The notes beneath the pieces are model-generated. The model was not told where the DNA came from. It saw only the letters and a program-made list of their open reading frames with translations, and did not search any database. Of a stretch of 61,331 nt of DNA, positions 1-11,396 are shown in pieces. A program made the position numbers and the translations under genes. The stretch comes from Parvularia atlantis (Eukaryota): NCBI GenBank assembly GCA_943704415.1, contig CALSCO010001647.1, forward strand, positions 1-61,331, in the 5' to 3' direction. Position 1 is the stretch's first letter; each line of letters starts with the position of its first letter.

Positions 1-53
<53 letters not shown>
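1..53. repeat. (GA)n microsatellite
   Basis: Perfect GA dinucleotide run at the window start. Confidence 0.97.
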
Positions 54-55
<2 letters not shown>

Positions 56-171
56 GATGGGCGACGCGGCGACGGGGGGATTTTCTTTGCCTGGCCTGGA
101 CAGCGCGGGTGCTGCCGGGAGGGCGAGGCGGGGCCGAGGTGGCAGGGGGCGGGCCGATGGGGTCAGGTCGT

Positions 172-578
172 TCAGGGGGCGTGTCCGTGCACACGCCACG
201 TCTCCCAACGCTCCATCTGCGCGCACGCGCGCGCGCGTGCGCGCTTCGTCAGGTCCACCGCAGCAGCACGGTCCTCGTCGGCGCGCGCACCTGCAGGCGG
301 GCCGCCAGCGTCAAGCTGCTGGCGGCGGCGGTGGCGGCAACGGCCGAGGTCGACGCGACTGTGACGGCCGAGGTCGTCGCGACCGAGAAGGCCTGCTGCC
401 TGCGCGCGCGCCCGCGTGTGCCGCGCCATGTGGGCGATCGCCCTCACGCGCTCGCCACGCGCGCTCACGCGCTCACGCACCGGCTCGCCGCACCGCCGAG
501 GGACGTCGCCGCGGCAAACATGAGCTGCGAGCTCAGCGCCACGCCTGCCACCAGCAGACCCCGAAGAGCAGCTGTCAT
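172..578 (-). CDS. Small spliced ORF (about 83 aa, Ala/Ser/Thr-rich, hydrophobic N-terminus), unknown function
   Basis: Two GT-AG introns of the local style (400-480 and 217-290) join MTAALRGLLVAGVALSSQLMFAAATSLGGAASR/QQAFSVATT...AARLQ/MERWETWRVHGHAP* in frame. No family recognised. Confidence 0.35.
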
Positions 579-791
579 CAAGCGCTCGGCACCCAGCACG
601 TGTCGGTTTCCTTTTCCCCCCTGCGGCGCGGCGCGGCGCGTCAGTCGCGGCGCGGCGTGCAGCGCGTCGGTGAAGACGAAGAGGGACGAAGAGGAGGAGA
701 CGTTGGCCGGAATCTGTCCGGAAACGGTTTCGCCTCGGTCTACCGCCTCTCTGCCGCCACCTTCTCCCGGTCGGCGGCCGTCGACGCAGGG

Positions 792-3700
792 ATGGACCGG
801 CGACGGGTCAAGGTCTACGAGCTGCTCGAGGAGGGCTCGGACAAGTGGCGCGAGGTGGGCACGGGCCACTGCAGCTTGGACTACGTTGAGGCACGCCGCG
901 CGCCGGCCGTTGACCGCTGCCGCTCACGAACGCGCCACGGAACGCGCAAACGCGACAGAGCGAGCGCGCGACGTGCCTCGTCGTCAAGTCGGAGGACGAC
1001 GGCTCGACGCTCCTGCGCAGCAGGATACTCAAGCCCGGGTCGTACGGCCTGCAGCAGAGTGCGGGCGGCGGCGTGCGCGGCGGCCGGGGCCCTGACAAAG
1101 CGCGCGCCGCGTGCGCGCCGCACGCGAAGGCTCGCTCATCGTGTGGAAGGAGGGCGAGCAGGACATGGCGCTGAGCTTCCAGGCCTCGGAGGGCTGCCAG
1201 GACGTGTGGTGCGCGCGCCGTGCTCTGCGGGCTGGCGGACCGCTGACGGCGCCGCGGACGCAGGGCGCAGATCGCCGATGTGCAGATGCGCCAGTACGGC
1301 AGTGCGTGCTGCGCGGCCCGGCCCGTGCGCGCGCTGTGCTGACCACGCGCCGCGCGCTGCCAGCAAGCGACGCAGCGCAGGCCGAGGCCGAGGACGACGA
1401 CGTCGCTGGTGTGGCCAACGCGACGCGGGATCGAACGCTCACGTCGGCCCGTCCAGGCGCAGCCATCGAGGACCAAACCAGCCCGGCCAAGGCGCGCGTG
1501 CTCAAGACGGAGCTGGCCAAGCCGACGCTCGGCACGGTCGGCGAGTTTGAGACGGCGCTGAACGAGAACGCGGCTGTGCCCGCGCTGCGACAGCTGCTCA
1601 CGCAACGCGTGCTCGAGGAGGCGCGTCGCCGGCGCCCGTGTGGCGCTGTGGCTGACGCGCCGCACGGCCGCAGAACTACCTCGAGGACCTAAAGGGCGTC
1701 TTTGCCGACGCGGAGGACCTCGAGGACACAGCGACGCTGCACGTGCTGCACCGCGTCTTCCGCACGCTCGTGCTGCTCAACATGCCGGCGATGTGCGACC
1801 GCCTGTTCCGCGACGAGTACATCATGACGCTGATGGGCGCGCTCGAGTGTGCGTCGCCCGCGTGCTCGCCTGGCGACCGCGTGCTCGCCTAGCGCCCTTG
1901 CGTCGCTCACGCCCGCGCGCTCGCAGACGACCCAGACTTCCCGGACAAGAGGACGCGGCACCGCGAGTACCTCGAGAACACGTGTTCGTTCAAGCAGGTG
2001 CAGCGCGCCCGTGGCTGTTGCGGCCCCGCGCGGCCGAATAAGGGGGCGCGGCGCAGGTCGTACCGCTGAGCAACCCGGAGGTCACAAGCAAGATCCAGCA
2101 GACGTTCCGGCTGCAGTACCTCAAGGACGTGGTGTTGCCACGTGTGCTCGACGATGGCACGTTCACGACGATCAACTCGTACATCTTCTTCAACTACGTC
2201 GAGATCGTCGACCGGCTGCAGAAGGACACGTCGTTCCTGACGCAGATGTGCGCTCGGCGCGGTTGGCGCAGCTCTGCGCCCCGCTCATGGGCACGCCGCC
2301 GCAGCTTTGCGCTCGTGCGCGACAAGGAGATTGTGACCGAGCAGCAGAAGGACACGATCTTCTTCCTGCAAGAGTTTAGCAACGTTGCCAAGACGCTGCA
2401 AGAGGCGCAGCGAAGCCAGTTTTACACGTGCGTTGCGTGCGCGTGTGGAGCGCGTCAAATTGAGCGGTGCGAACGCAGCACGCTCTGCAAGCACGGGTTA
2501 CTGGACATTTTCGCGCGCTCAATCAACCACGAGGACGTCAAGCTGCGCCTGGCCTCGACCGAGATCCTCGCGTGTCTGCTCGACTTCAAGACGTCGCTCC
2601 TGCGCTCGTACCTGCTCGGTGTGCCGTCGCGCTCACGTGGTCCGTGCGGTGCTGACCCGGCACGTGCCCGCTCAGAGCAACAGACCGCGCTCGAGCGCCA
2701 GCCCGAGCCCGGGCAACCGCCAAGGCCAGACCCGGGGTCGTCGCTGCTGCGGCAGCTCATCCGGAGGATACACGAGGACGAGGTGCGCTGCCGTGCGTGT
2801 GCATCAGGCGTGCGTCTGAGCACGGGTGCGCAGGACGAGGGCATGAAGGCGCAGTTCACGGAGATCTTGAAGGTGATGCTGGAGAATGAGCCGACCGACG
2901 AAGATGTGCGTGCGCGCATGCACAGCCGCGTGCACCGCTGACTGCCGCGCGCACAGGCGGCCGAGCGCGACGCGTTCATCGGCGTGTTTTACGAAAAGTA
3001 CGTCTCACTGCTGTTTGAGAACATTCGCACGCTGCCTCAAGGTGCGTGTGGGGTGCAGGCACCTGCCTCGCACGCTCATGCGCCGCCCTCGCGTGCGCAG
3101 AGTCAGCTGTGTGGCCGCAGGAGATGCTGGAGCGCGACTGGCGGGCGGACGGCACAACGGCGGCGCTCGAGTTTGACGCGGCGACGCAGGTGCGCGGGCC
3201 GGCTCAAACAGGCATCAGGCGCGCCTGCTGACGGGCGGCGCGCAGGCACTTGTGGCGCTGCAGCTGGAGCTGATCTCATTCTTCATCCGGCGGCACACGT
3301 TCCGGATAAAGTACCTCACGCTCAACAACCACTTTGCGAGCAAAGTGATGGTGCTGCTGCGGAGCCCGCACAAGCACATCGCCCTTGGCGCGCTGCGCGT
3401 GCTCCGAACGTTTGTGGGCACGAAGGACGAGTTCTACCTGCGCTACATCATCAAGCACAACATGTTTGTGCCCGTGTTCTGCCTCTTCCGCGAGCACGAG
3501 CAGCGCGACAACCTGATCAACTCGGCCGTGCTCGAGCTGATCGAGTTCATTCGCCTAGTGCGTGCCCACATGCGCTCGTGCCGCGCCTGCTGAATTTGCG
3601 GTCCGCACGCGTGCGCAGGAGAACCTTAGGAACATGATCAAGTACATTGTCGAGCGGTTCCGCACGTTCTTCGCCCACGTCAAGTATGTCAAGACCTTTG

Positions 3701-4516
3701 AGGTGCGCGCGGCCGTGATGGGTGGCGCCGAGCACGCTGACGCGCGCGGGCCGGTCGCAGCTGCTTGTGCTCAAATACGAGCAGATCACCGAGGTCCCGT
3801 CAAACGGCGTGTCGGCAGCGGCAGCCGCCGTGGAGGACAGCCGGGGGCGCGTGCGATGGGCTGTCAGCGGCGTGTGGGTCGCTCGCTCAACGGTCGCATG
3901 CAGAGTCAAGCGCGGACGCGAGCGCGAGCGCGGCCTGGACGAGGACGAGGAGGCGTACTTCAACGACGACGACGACGACGACGACGACACCGACGGCGGA
4001 AACGGGACGCCGACGAGGTGGCGCGGCGGCTCGGCTGCCAACGGAACTTACGCGCTGACCCTGGCGTGTGACGAGCAGCAGCGCGCGCGAGGCAGACGAC
4101 GATGAGCTGCGGCCACGCCCGCCCGAGCGCCGGTCGATGTCGCCGCCGCTGATGGGCAACCCGGGCAGCCCCGGCAAGAGCCCGAGCAGCAGTCCGCGCG
4201 GGTGCGTGCGGCAGCGCGGCGTGCTGCGTGTGCGGGCACAGTCCTGACGCCGAGCCAGCAGCCGATCGCCGCCGCTGATCGTGATCGGCAACAAGCACCC
4301 GGTCGGCAGCCCGCGCACTGTGCGCCTGGTGGACTACGACGGCGACGACGACGAGGGGTCCGCCGGTGCGGGCCACGGGCACGCGGCGAGCATGTGCGTC
4401 TGCTGGGCTGTGCGTTGTCGCTCCTGGCTGCTCACTCACGTACACGGCACAGGCTCGGCGTGTCGGCGGGCGCGGACGGCGACGAGCACGCGGCCAAGCG
4501 GAGCAGGCTGAAGTGA
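792..4516 (+). CDS. PPP4R3: Protein phosphatase 4 regulatory subunit 3 (SMEK/PSY2), multi-exon
   Basis: N-terminal EVH1-like MDRRRVKVYEL..W...GTGH, SLIVW..DMALSFQ..EGC, KIQQTFRLQYLKDVVL, HTFRIK, RDNLINSAVLELIEFI, EDEEAYFN, LVDYDGDDD. Confidence 0.95.
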
Positions 4517-4567
4517 CGCAGTGGGATCCAGGACTAGCTGTGAGAACATTGAGAGGGCGCACACGCG

Positions 4568-5265
4568 TCACGGCGGCACGCCCGCAATCACGTTGAAGAA
4601 GTGGTAGACCTCGTCGGCGTCGAGCACGGCGACCTCGGTCCCGCACGACGCGCACGCAACCGGGCGGAAGACCTCACCCGGCGGCGCGGCCTCGGCGTCC
4701 ATCGCGTCGTTGCCGCGCTGCCGCTGCCGCCGCGCCTGCTTCCGCTTGGGCACGTCGCCGGCGCTGCGCAGCACCTGATCCTGGCGCACGCGCACGTTGC
4801 GCACAAACATGGCCCGGTACTGGTCCTGGTAGACGTCGTGCCTGCGATGCGTCGGTGCGCGCGTGAGGCCGACGTCCTGCACGCCCGGTTGAGGCCGCAC
4901 CGCTGACAGTCGAAGCAGACCTGCGTGAAGCACGCCGGGCACGACAACACGGCGTCGCTGCGCCGTCGCAGTGCATCGGGCTGCGCCGGTGCCACCACCA
5001 GCAGGTGCCGCTCGACCCAGCGCTCGTCGCTCTCGTCCGCGCCCTCGTTGTACAGCAGCTCGTCGGCCGTCGGCACGGGCACCTTGGCGCGCGGGCGATC
5101 GGGCTCGCCTTGGCGCGCACCCACACGCGCGTGAGCAGACGCGCGACAGCGAGACACACACACGGCAACAGGCGCACCGTCGTCCTCCGCGTCCGAGTCG
5201 AAGTAGACCGGGTCGTAGACCGGCTGCTCCTCGTCGTCGATCGTCTCTTTCGCCGCCGCCGACAT
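4568..5265 (-). CDS. EAPP: E2F-associated phosphoprotein, multi-exon
   Basis: YFDSDAED, DELLYNEGADESDERWV, SDAVLSCPACFTQVCFDCQRH..YQDQYRAMFV, FRPVACASCGTEVAVLDADEVYHFFNV. Confidence 0.92.
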
Positions 5266-5274
5266 CGCCTCAAA

Positions 5275-6474
5275 GTGGGCGACGATCTCGAGGTCGCCGA
5301 GTTCCCGGACACGGGCCGCGGCCTGCGCACGCGGCGCGCACGGCGCGCGGGCGACGTGCTGCTGGCGGTGCCACGGGCGGCGCTGGTGGCGCCGCGCGAC
5401 GTGGCGCTTGCGACGGCTCCGATGCCGCCGGGCGCGCGCCTTACGAGCGAGCAGTGGCTGATGGTCTTTGTCCTGCGCGAGCGGTGGCGCGGCGCGGCCA
5501 GCCCGCACGCGGCCTACATCGGGGGACTGCCAGGGCCGGACGCGTACGCGGGCTGCCCGGGCGCGAGCGCGTTCAGCGTGCCGGACGCGGTCGTCACGGA
5601 GCTGCTGCCCGATCTCGCGGCGGCCGTGGCGACGCAGCGGGCGCGGCGTGCGGCCGACGAGGACGCGGTGCGCGCGCTGTTGGTCGCGGAGGGCGTGGAC
5701 ACGGACGCGGCAGCGCTCGAGTGGGCGTGGTGGACGGTCAACACGCGCTGCATCACGTGCGCGCACGGCGAGCCGCGCACGCCGGCGATGGCCGACGCCG
5801 GCACGACCGTGCTTGTGCCATTCCTGGACCTGCTCAACCACTCGGACCGCGTGCTCGTCACGAGCCGCTACGACGCCGCCGCGCGCGCCTTTATCGTCGC
5901 GACCGACCAGGACGCCGCACCGGGCGAGCAGGTGTTCCTGTCGTACGGGCCGTACAACGACGCGCAGCTGCTGCTGCACTACGGCTTCGTCCTCCCGCAC
6001 AACACGCTGCACACGGTCAGCCTCGAGGCCCCGCTGCGCGCCGCGATCGCCGCCTGGGACAGCCGCGCGGCCCGGCTGCCGACCGCGCGCGCCATCGCTG
6101 ACGCCGCGGGGCTGTGGCGCGATGCGACGCTTGTGCGCGCGCGGCACTCGATGGCTGCGGCGCCGGTCGTCGAGCCGTCGTGGTGCCTGTGGACGCTCGC
6201 GCAGGTGCTGGCGTGGGCGAGCCGCGACGGCGGCGACGGGCTCGATGCCGCCGACGTGCGGCGACTGGCGCAGGGCGAGACGGACGCGCTCAGCTCGGAC
6301 GTGACGCGGCTCGCGCGCAAGCTGCTCGGCGTCGCCTGCCGCCGGATGCGCGACGACCTCGCCGCCCGCGCTGCCCGCGCCCACGCCCGCGCCGGCCTCT
6401 TCCCGCCGAGCGACCACCTGCTGCTGCACGTGATCGACACCGACCTGTCACTCTTATCGACATTTGAAGCATGA
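5275..6474 (+). CDS. SET-domain protein lysine methyltransferase (SETD4/RKM/Rubisco-LSMT type), intronless; start codon uncertain
   Basis: FPDTGRGL...GDVLLAVP, WAWWTVNTRC, LVPFLDLLNHS, GEQVFLSYGPYNDAQLLLHYGF in one uninterrupted frame. Start placed at in-frame GTG 5275; first ATG is 5422. Confidence 0.88.
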   Translation: MGDDLEVAEFPDTGRGLRTRRARRAGDVLLAVPRAALVAPRDVALATAPMPPGARLTSEQWLMVFVLRERWRGAASPHAAYIGGLPGPDAYAGCPGASAFSVPDAVVTELLPDLAAAVATQRARRAADEDAVRALLVAEGVDTDAAALEWAWWTVNTRCITCAHGEPRTPAMADAGTTVLVPFLDLLNHSDRVLVTSRYDAAARAFIVATDQDAAPGEQVFLSYGPYNDAQLLLHYGFVLPHNTLHTVSLEAPLRAAIAAWDSRAARLPTARAIADAAGLWRDATLVRARHSMAAAPVVEPSWCLWTLAQVLAWASRDGGDGLDAADVRRLAQGETDALSSDVTRLARKLLGVACRRMRDDLAARAARAHARAGLFPPSDHLLLHVIDTDLSLLSTFEA

Positions 6475-7547
6475 CGGGACGTGCTGTAACCGCCACGCCG
6501 CGTACGCTCGTGCGCGACTACCTCGCGGCCGCGCCGACGCCGCCGTCCGAGGGCGGCCCGGCCGCTGCGGCCACGCCGGTGTTCAGCGTGGCGCCGCGCC
6601 AGCCGCCGTCGTCGTCCGCGGCGGGGAGGCGACAGCGGCTCGTGGACGCGGCCGGGGCGTTGGCTGCGCGCCGCAACACGCCGCGGACGCTCGTGCGCGA
6701 GTTCCTGGCCGGTGCGCGCTCGCTTACCCTTGCCGCGGAAGAGCATCCGGCTGACGTAGGGGAGCTGTGTGCGCAGTCGCGCCGACGCCCGAGCAGCGCA
6801 CGCCGCAGCTGCACGCGCCGCCGCAGCAGACGCCGCAGCAGCGCACGCCCGACTACGGCGGCCCGAGCCCCGGCGCGCCGACGCCGCCATCGCTGCCGCC
6901 GTCCGTGCTGCTCTCGGGGCCGCGCTCGGGGCCGCGCGGGCCGTCGTTCCGTGTGCAGTTCACGCCGGCTGCCGACGATGGCGCGCAGCAACGCGCGGCC
7001 GGCGCCAAGCTGCCCCTCGCGCCGGCACCGGCGGGCAGCGCGCGGTGCGCGTTGCTGCGGCGTGGTCGTGCGTGGCTGCTGATGCTAGTGCGCACAGGAA
7101 GCGGAAGGCCGAGGCCGGGCCCGGCTTCGTCAGCAACGCGATGATGGTCGGCCTGCTGCAGCACTTCTCACCAGCGCGCGTGTCGCGCGAGGCGCAGGCC
7201 GCCGTTGCCGAGCTGTGCGTTGCGCGCGCGTGTGTACGTCCCTGTCGCTCGCGGCCTCACGCCCGCTGCCGCACAGCTCCGTGCGCTACTTTGACCGCGC
7301 CGTGGCCGATGTCGACAGCTACGCGCGCCACGCCCGCCGCGCCACAATCGAGCCGAGCGACGTCGAGTGCCTGTTCAAGCGGCACGCTCGCGCACAACGC
7401 GAGGCCAGTGCACTACTGACACACGGTCGCAGGCAGCGCCTCGTCACCGACAAGAAGCCGCTCGAGGACCTCATCCGGCAGCACCTGCCGCTCGAGCTGC
7501 AGGAGGAGCTGATCCCGATTGCGCGCGCGTTCAACAAGGTCGGCTGA
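6471..7547 (+). CDS. CENPT: Centromere protein T-like (histone-fold kinetochore protein), multi-exon
   Basis: Two N-terminal TPRTLVRxxL motifs; C-terminal fold YFDRAVADVDSYARHARRATIEPSDVECLFKRQRLVTDKKPLEDLIRQHLPLELQEELIPIA. Confidence 0.85.
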
Positions 7548-7722
7548 TGATGCGCTGGGGTTGTTTTTTGGTACATGTTTGCAATGCGGCTCCGCAACAC
7601 AGACACAGGCACGCACGCACGACGACGGGGGTGATATCAAAACGGGGCATTTCCAGCAGACGAGACGGGCGAAGAGAGGGAAAAACCGTGACGTAATGCA
7701 AGGCAAACAACTCGCGCGCGCG

Positions 7723-9381
7723 TTACGCAGTCGTCTTCTTGAGGAACTTGGTCTTGTTGCACCGCTCAGGGTCGGTGTCGTTGGTCAGGGTCGACTGCGC
7801 CCGCATGAGCTCGCACAGCTCCGTCTCGACCTTGTCCTTCTCCGCCTGGCGACGTGTGAGTGCGTGCCTAGCGGGCGGGCGCGCACACGGCCAGGCGCAC
7901 ACCTGCTCGTTCTTCGAAAAGATCCTGGCGGGGAAGGCGGTCGTCGGCGCGGTGTAGATGCGCGCGTCGTCGCGCGAGCGTTTGTGTGCGTACTCGTCCG
8001 AGGCCGACGCCTCGACGCCGTTGGCGGTCGTGTTGGTGTTGAGGTCGACCAGGAACTGGTCGCCTGTCTGGCAGGGCGTGGTCGGGGCGGAGGGCACGCG
8101 CGCGGGCGGCGACTCGTTGAACGGGCCGAGGACGGTCTGCGGCCGCGGTCAGGCGCCGCCGCGGCCGCACTGTTGGCGCCGCACGCACGTCGTCCTCGAG
8201 GATCGACGTCGACTCGAGCATGTCGGTGCTCGACGTGCGGAAGCCTGCGGTCATGCAAGCGTGAGCCCTCTGGTGCCGGCGCAAGCGCACGAGCACGCAC
8301 CGATCGGTGACAGCAGCGCGTCGTCGAGTGCGCTCGGTGTCAAGCCCGCGTTAAGCTGCGTCGGCCCCCAGGCGGCCAGGCCTGCGTGCGGCGCGACGCG
8401 GGGTGAGCACGCTGCCCGAGGACGTGCACAGACGCACTCGGCTCCTGCCTGCCCTTGAGCGGCTTGATCAGGTCGATCTGGCCCTCGTTCGTGACATACT
8501 GCGTGGGCGCCGAGCGTGCGTCAGCGGCCCGCACCGCATTTGCGTGTGCGTCGCACCTTGCCGATAAAGTCGTCGATGCCGATGGTCTGCGCCTCGCTCT
8601 TGAGCTTGAGCAGGTTGTACGGTGCCGGCGAGGGCGGGGATGGCTCGTAGCCGCTCTGGTAGATGTGCCGCGCGACCTTGTCGTCAATGCCCGCGCTCGA
8701 ATAGTCGGTCGACAGCAGTTCCAGCTCCTCCTCGTCTGCGGCGGGGGGCGTCAGCACTCCCAGTCGCGTCAACACCGCACGCGGCGTGCACCGTCGTACT
8801 CGTCGTTTTCCCCGCGCTCCTCACCCGCGTAGTCGCTCGCCGGCGCGCGGTGGCTCATCGCGCCGTTCACAAACGTGCCGTTCGCGCGTGCGCCGTTCGC
8901 AGCAGGTGCGGGCGCGCCGTCGACCACGAGCGTCGCCTTTAGGCGCTCATTCTCTCGCGCGAGCTCAGCGATGAGCCGCTGCAACTCGCTGTTTTGCTCA
9001 CGGAGCTGCGGTGCGGCTGTCACCCTCCTCGCGTGCCACTGCGCGCAGCTCACGCACCGCCTCGGCCTCCTTTAGCCGCTGCGCCGCCTCCTGCAGCTGG
9101 TCCTCGAGGTTCTTGACGTACTGGATGCGTCGTTCTCTGAAGGCGCGCTGCGCCGCGCGGTTCTGCTCGGCGCTGCGTCCAGCGCACAGCGGCGGCGTCA
9201 GCAACGCGCACGCGCGGGGGAAAAAAAAAACACTGCGACGCACCGCTTGGGCGATATCTGCGACTTGCGCGCCTCCTCGCTCTCCTCGTGGCGCATGTCT
9301 GCGCAGCAGCCGGTCAGTCAGATGCCCCGCACACTGTGGAGCGACGTCGACGCACCCGCCGCACGGCCGCCCTTGGCCGGC

Positions 9382-9413
<32 letters not shown>

Positions 9414-9626
9414 CGCCTTGCGCGAGTTGCTGCGCGGCCGCGTCGCGCGCTTGGTCCCCTTCGGACTGTACTCCTGCGTGCGTTGCACACGTGCGAGGAG
9501 AGTGTTCGTGAACAGAGTGCACGCCGCTGCCGCAGTGCGCCGCACCTCGTCGAGAAAGTCGGCGTCGGGACTGAGCGACTCCTCGCGGCTCAGTGTCGGC
9601 ACCATGTCGTCGACCGCGGTGCCCAT
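7723..9626 (-). CDS. bZIP transcription factor, YAP1/PAP1-type basic region, multi-exon
   Basis: Spliced KRAEQNRAAQRAFRERRIQYVKNLEDQL followed by leucine heptads; C-terminal exon order less certain. Confidence 0.8.
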
Positions 9627-9809
9627 GCTGCCTGACGTGCCCGTGAACGCCTCGCGGGAACCTCTCGAGGGGCGCTGCGCAAGTTCAGCTTACAAAGCGC
9701 GAAACCGCGTGTCTGCACCCCGCTCAATGACAGGATGGCCGTGGTGCTGTGCTCACTCTGCGCGCCTCCCGCACAGGGCAACCGGGCACCGGGCACCGGG
9801 CACACGCGG

Positions 9810-11365
9810 ATGGACGACGTGTGGCCGGGCTGGCTCGAGCTGCTCAACCCGGCCACGATGGCGGCGCCGCAGCCGCAGCCTCAGCAGCAACAGCAGACGC
9901 AGCAGACGCAGCAGCAGACGGCAGAGGCGCCGCACTCGCCCACGACGCTCCTCGACGCGCTGCTGCGCGAGGGCCTGCACGAGACCGGCAAGGTCGACGT
10001 GTGGATGAGCGGGTCACCGGCGGCCGCGCCCGCGAACGAACCTGGGTCTGCGGCCGACGACCTGCCCGAGTCGGAGCCCGAGCCGGCGCCGGACGCGAAG
10101 CCGACACCGACCGTGCGCACGGTCGAGCGGCGGCGCCTGACGACCGAGGCACGCACGCGCGCACGCGCACACAGGCTCGCTGACGGCCGCGCCCGCAGGA
10201 GATCTTCCTCGTGCTGACGTACCCGGACAAGTTCAACATCAAGCTCTCACGCTCGATCCCGTACAAGCCCGGCAGCGGCGAAATCTACCTGATCGACAAG
10301 CGCGTCACAACCGACTACCGGCGCGACGGGCACGAGTGGAAGTCGCGCCTGCGCGGCCAAGAGTGCGTGCGCGCTCGCTCACTCTGGCGGAGGGTTAAGT
10401 GACTGCGCACGTGGACCGCAGCAAGCAGCGCCTGCGCGAGGACCACCTCAGGCTCAAGTACAACGGCGACAGCTGCATCATGGCCATGTACGCTCACTCA
10501 TCCGTCACGCCCACGTTCAAGCGGCGCATCTTCTGGCTCACGGCCGACCCGAACCTGGTGCTCATCCACTACCTTGACAGCCGCGACTTGCCGCCGACAA
10601 GCCGCCCGGAGCTGAGCCAGACCCTGCAGGCGCGCATGCAGGCCGTGCAGCAGGCCGTCGCGGCGCGCAGGCACGGCTGCACGCGCGCTCATGCTGCTGT
10701 CGCCAGTGCTGACGCAGGCGTGTCGCGCGCAGACACAGCCTCGACCTCGCCGCCGCGGCAACGCAGACGCGCTACATGATGATGCAGATGCCGCCACTCC
10801 GGCCCTCGTTTGTCGTCTTCCCGACCATGCCCGGACAACGCGGCGACGGGGCGATGGCGATGCACATGCCGCCGATGCCCATGCCTATGCCCATGCCCAT
10901 GCCCATGCCGTTCATCTTCCCGCCGATGGGCCCGCCGCCGGCACTGCAGCACCAGTTGCAGCCGCAGTTGCCAGCACCAGCGCCGCCGCACGCGCCGCCG
11001 CTCACCGTCGAGGTCAAGATGGAGGGGATAGACACGCCGCCTCATCAGCCGCGGGCGCCGGACGAGGCCGTGCGGAGCAGCTCGATGGCACCGCCGCAGA
11101 CGGACGCCGTTGCGCCGCGCTCGACCCCGCCCACACCGACCGAGATGTACCAGGTGGTCGACTTTAGCCCAGAGTCGAGCTCGGTCAACGGCGGGACCAA
11201 GGTGCGCGCCTTGCAGCGTACGAGCACGCTGAACACACGCGGGGCGCAGGTCTGCATTGTGCTGCAGCGCACGCGCCCACGCCACATGTCGCGAAAGCGC
11301 TCGGCCGACATGCGCTCGCAGGACGCGAGCATTGTGCCGTCGGACGAGGACGAGGACGACGCCGC

Positions 11366-11396
<31 letters not shown>

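Noticed and set aside
1..53. Telomere at the window start
   Set aside because: Simple GA microsatellite, not a telomeric G-rich repeat unit.
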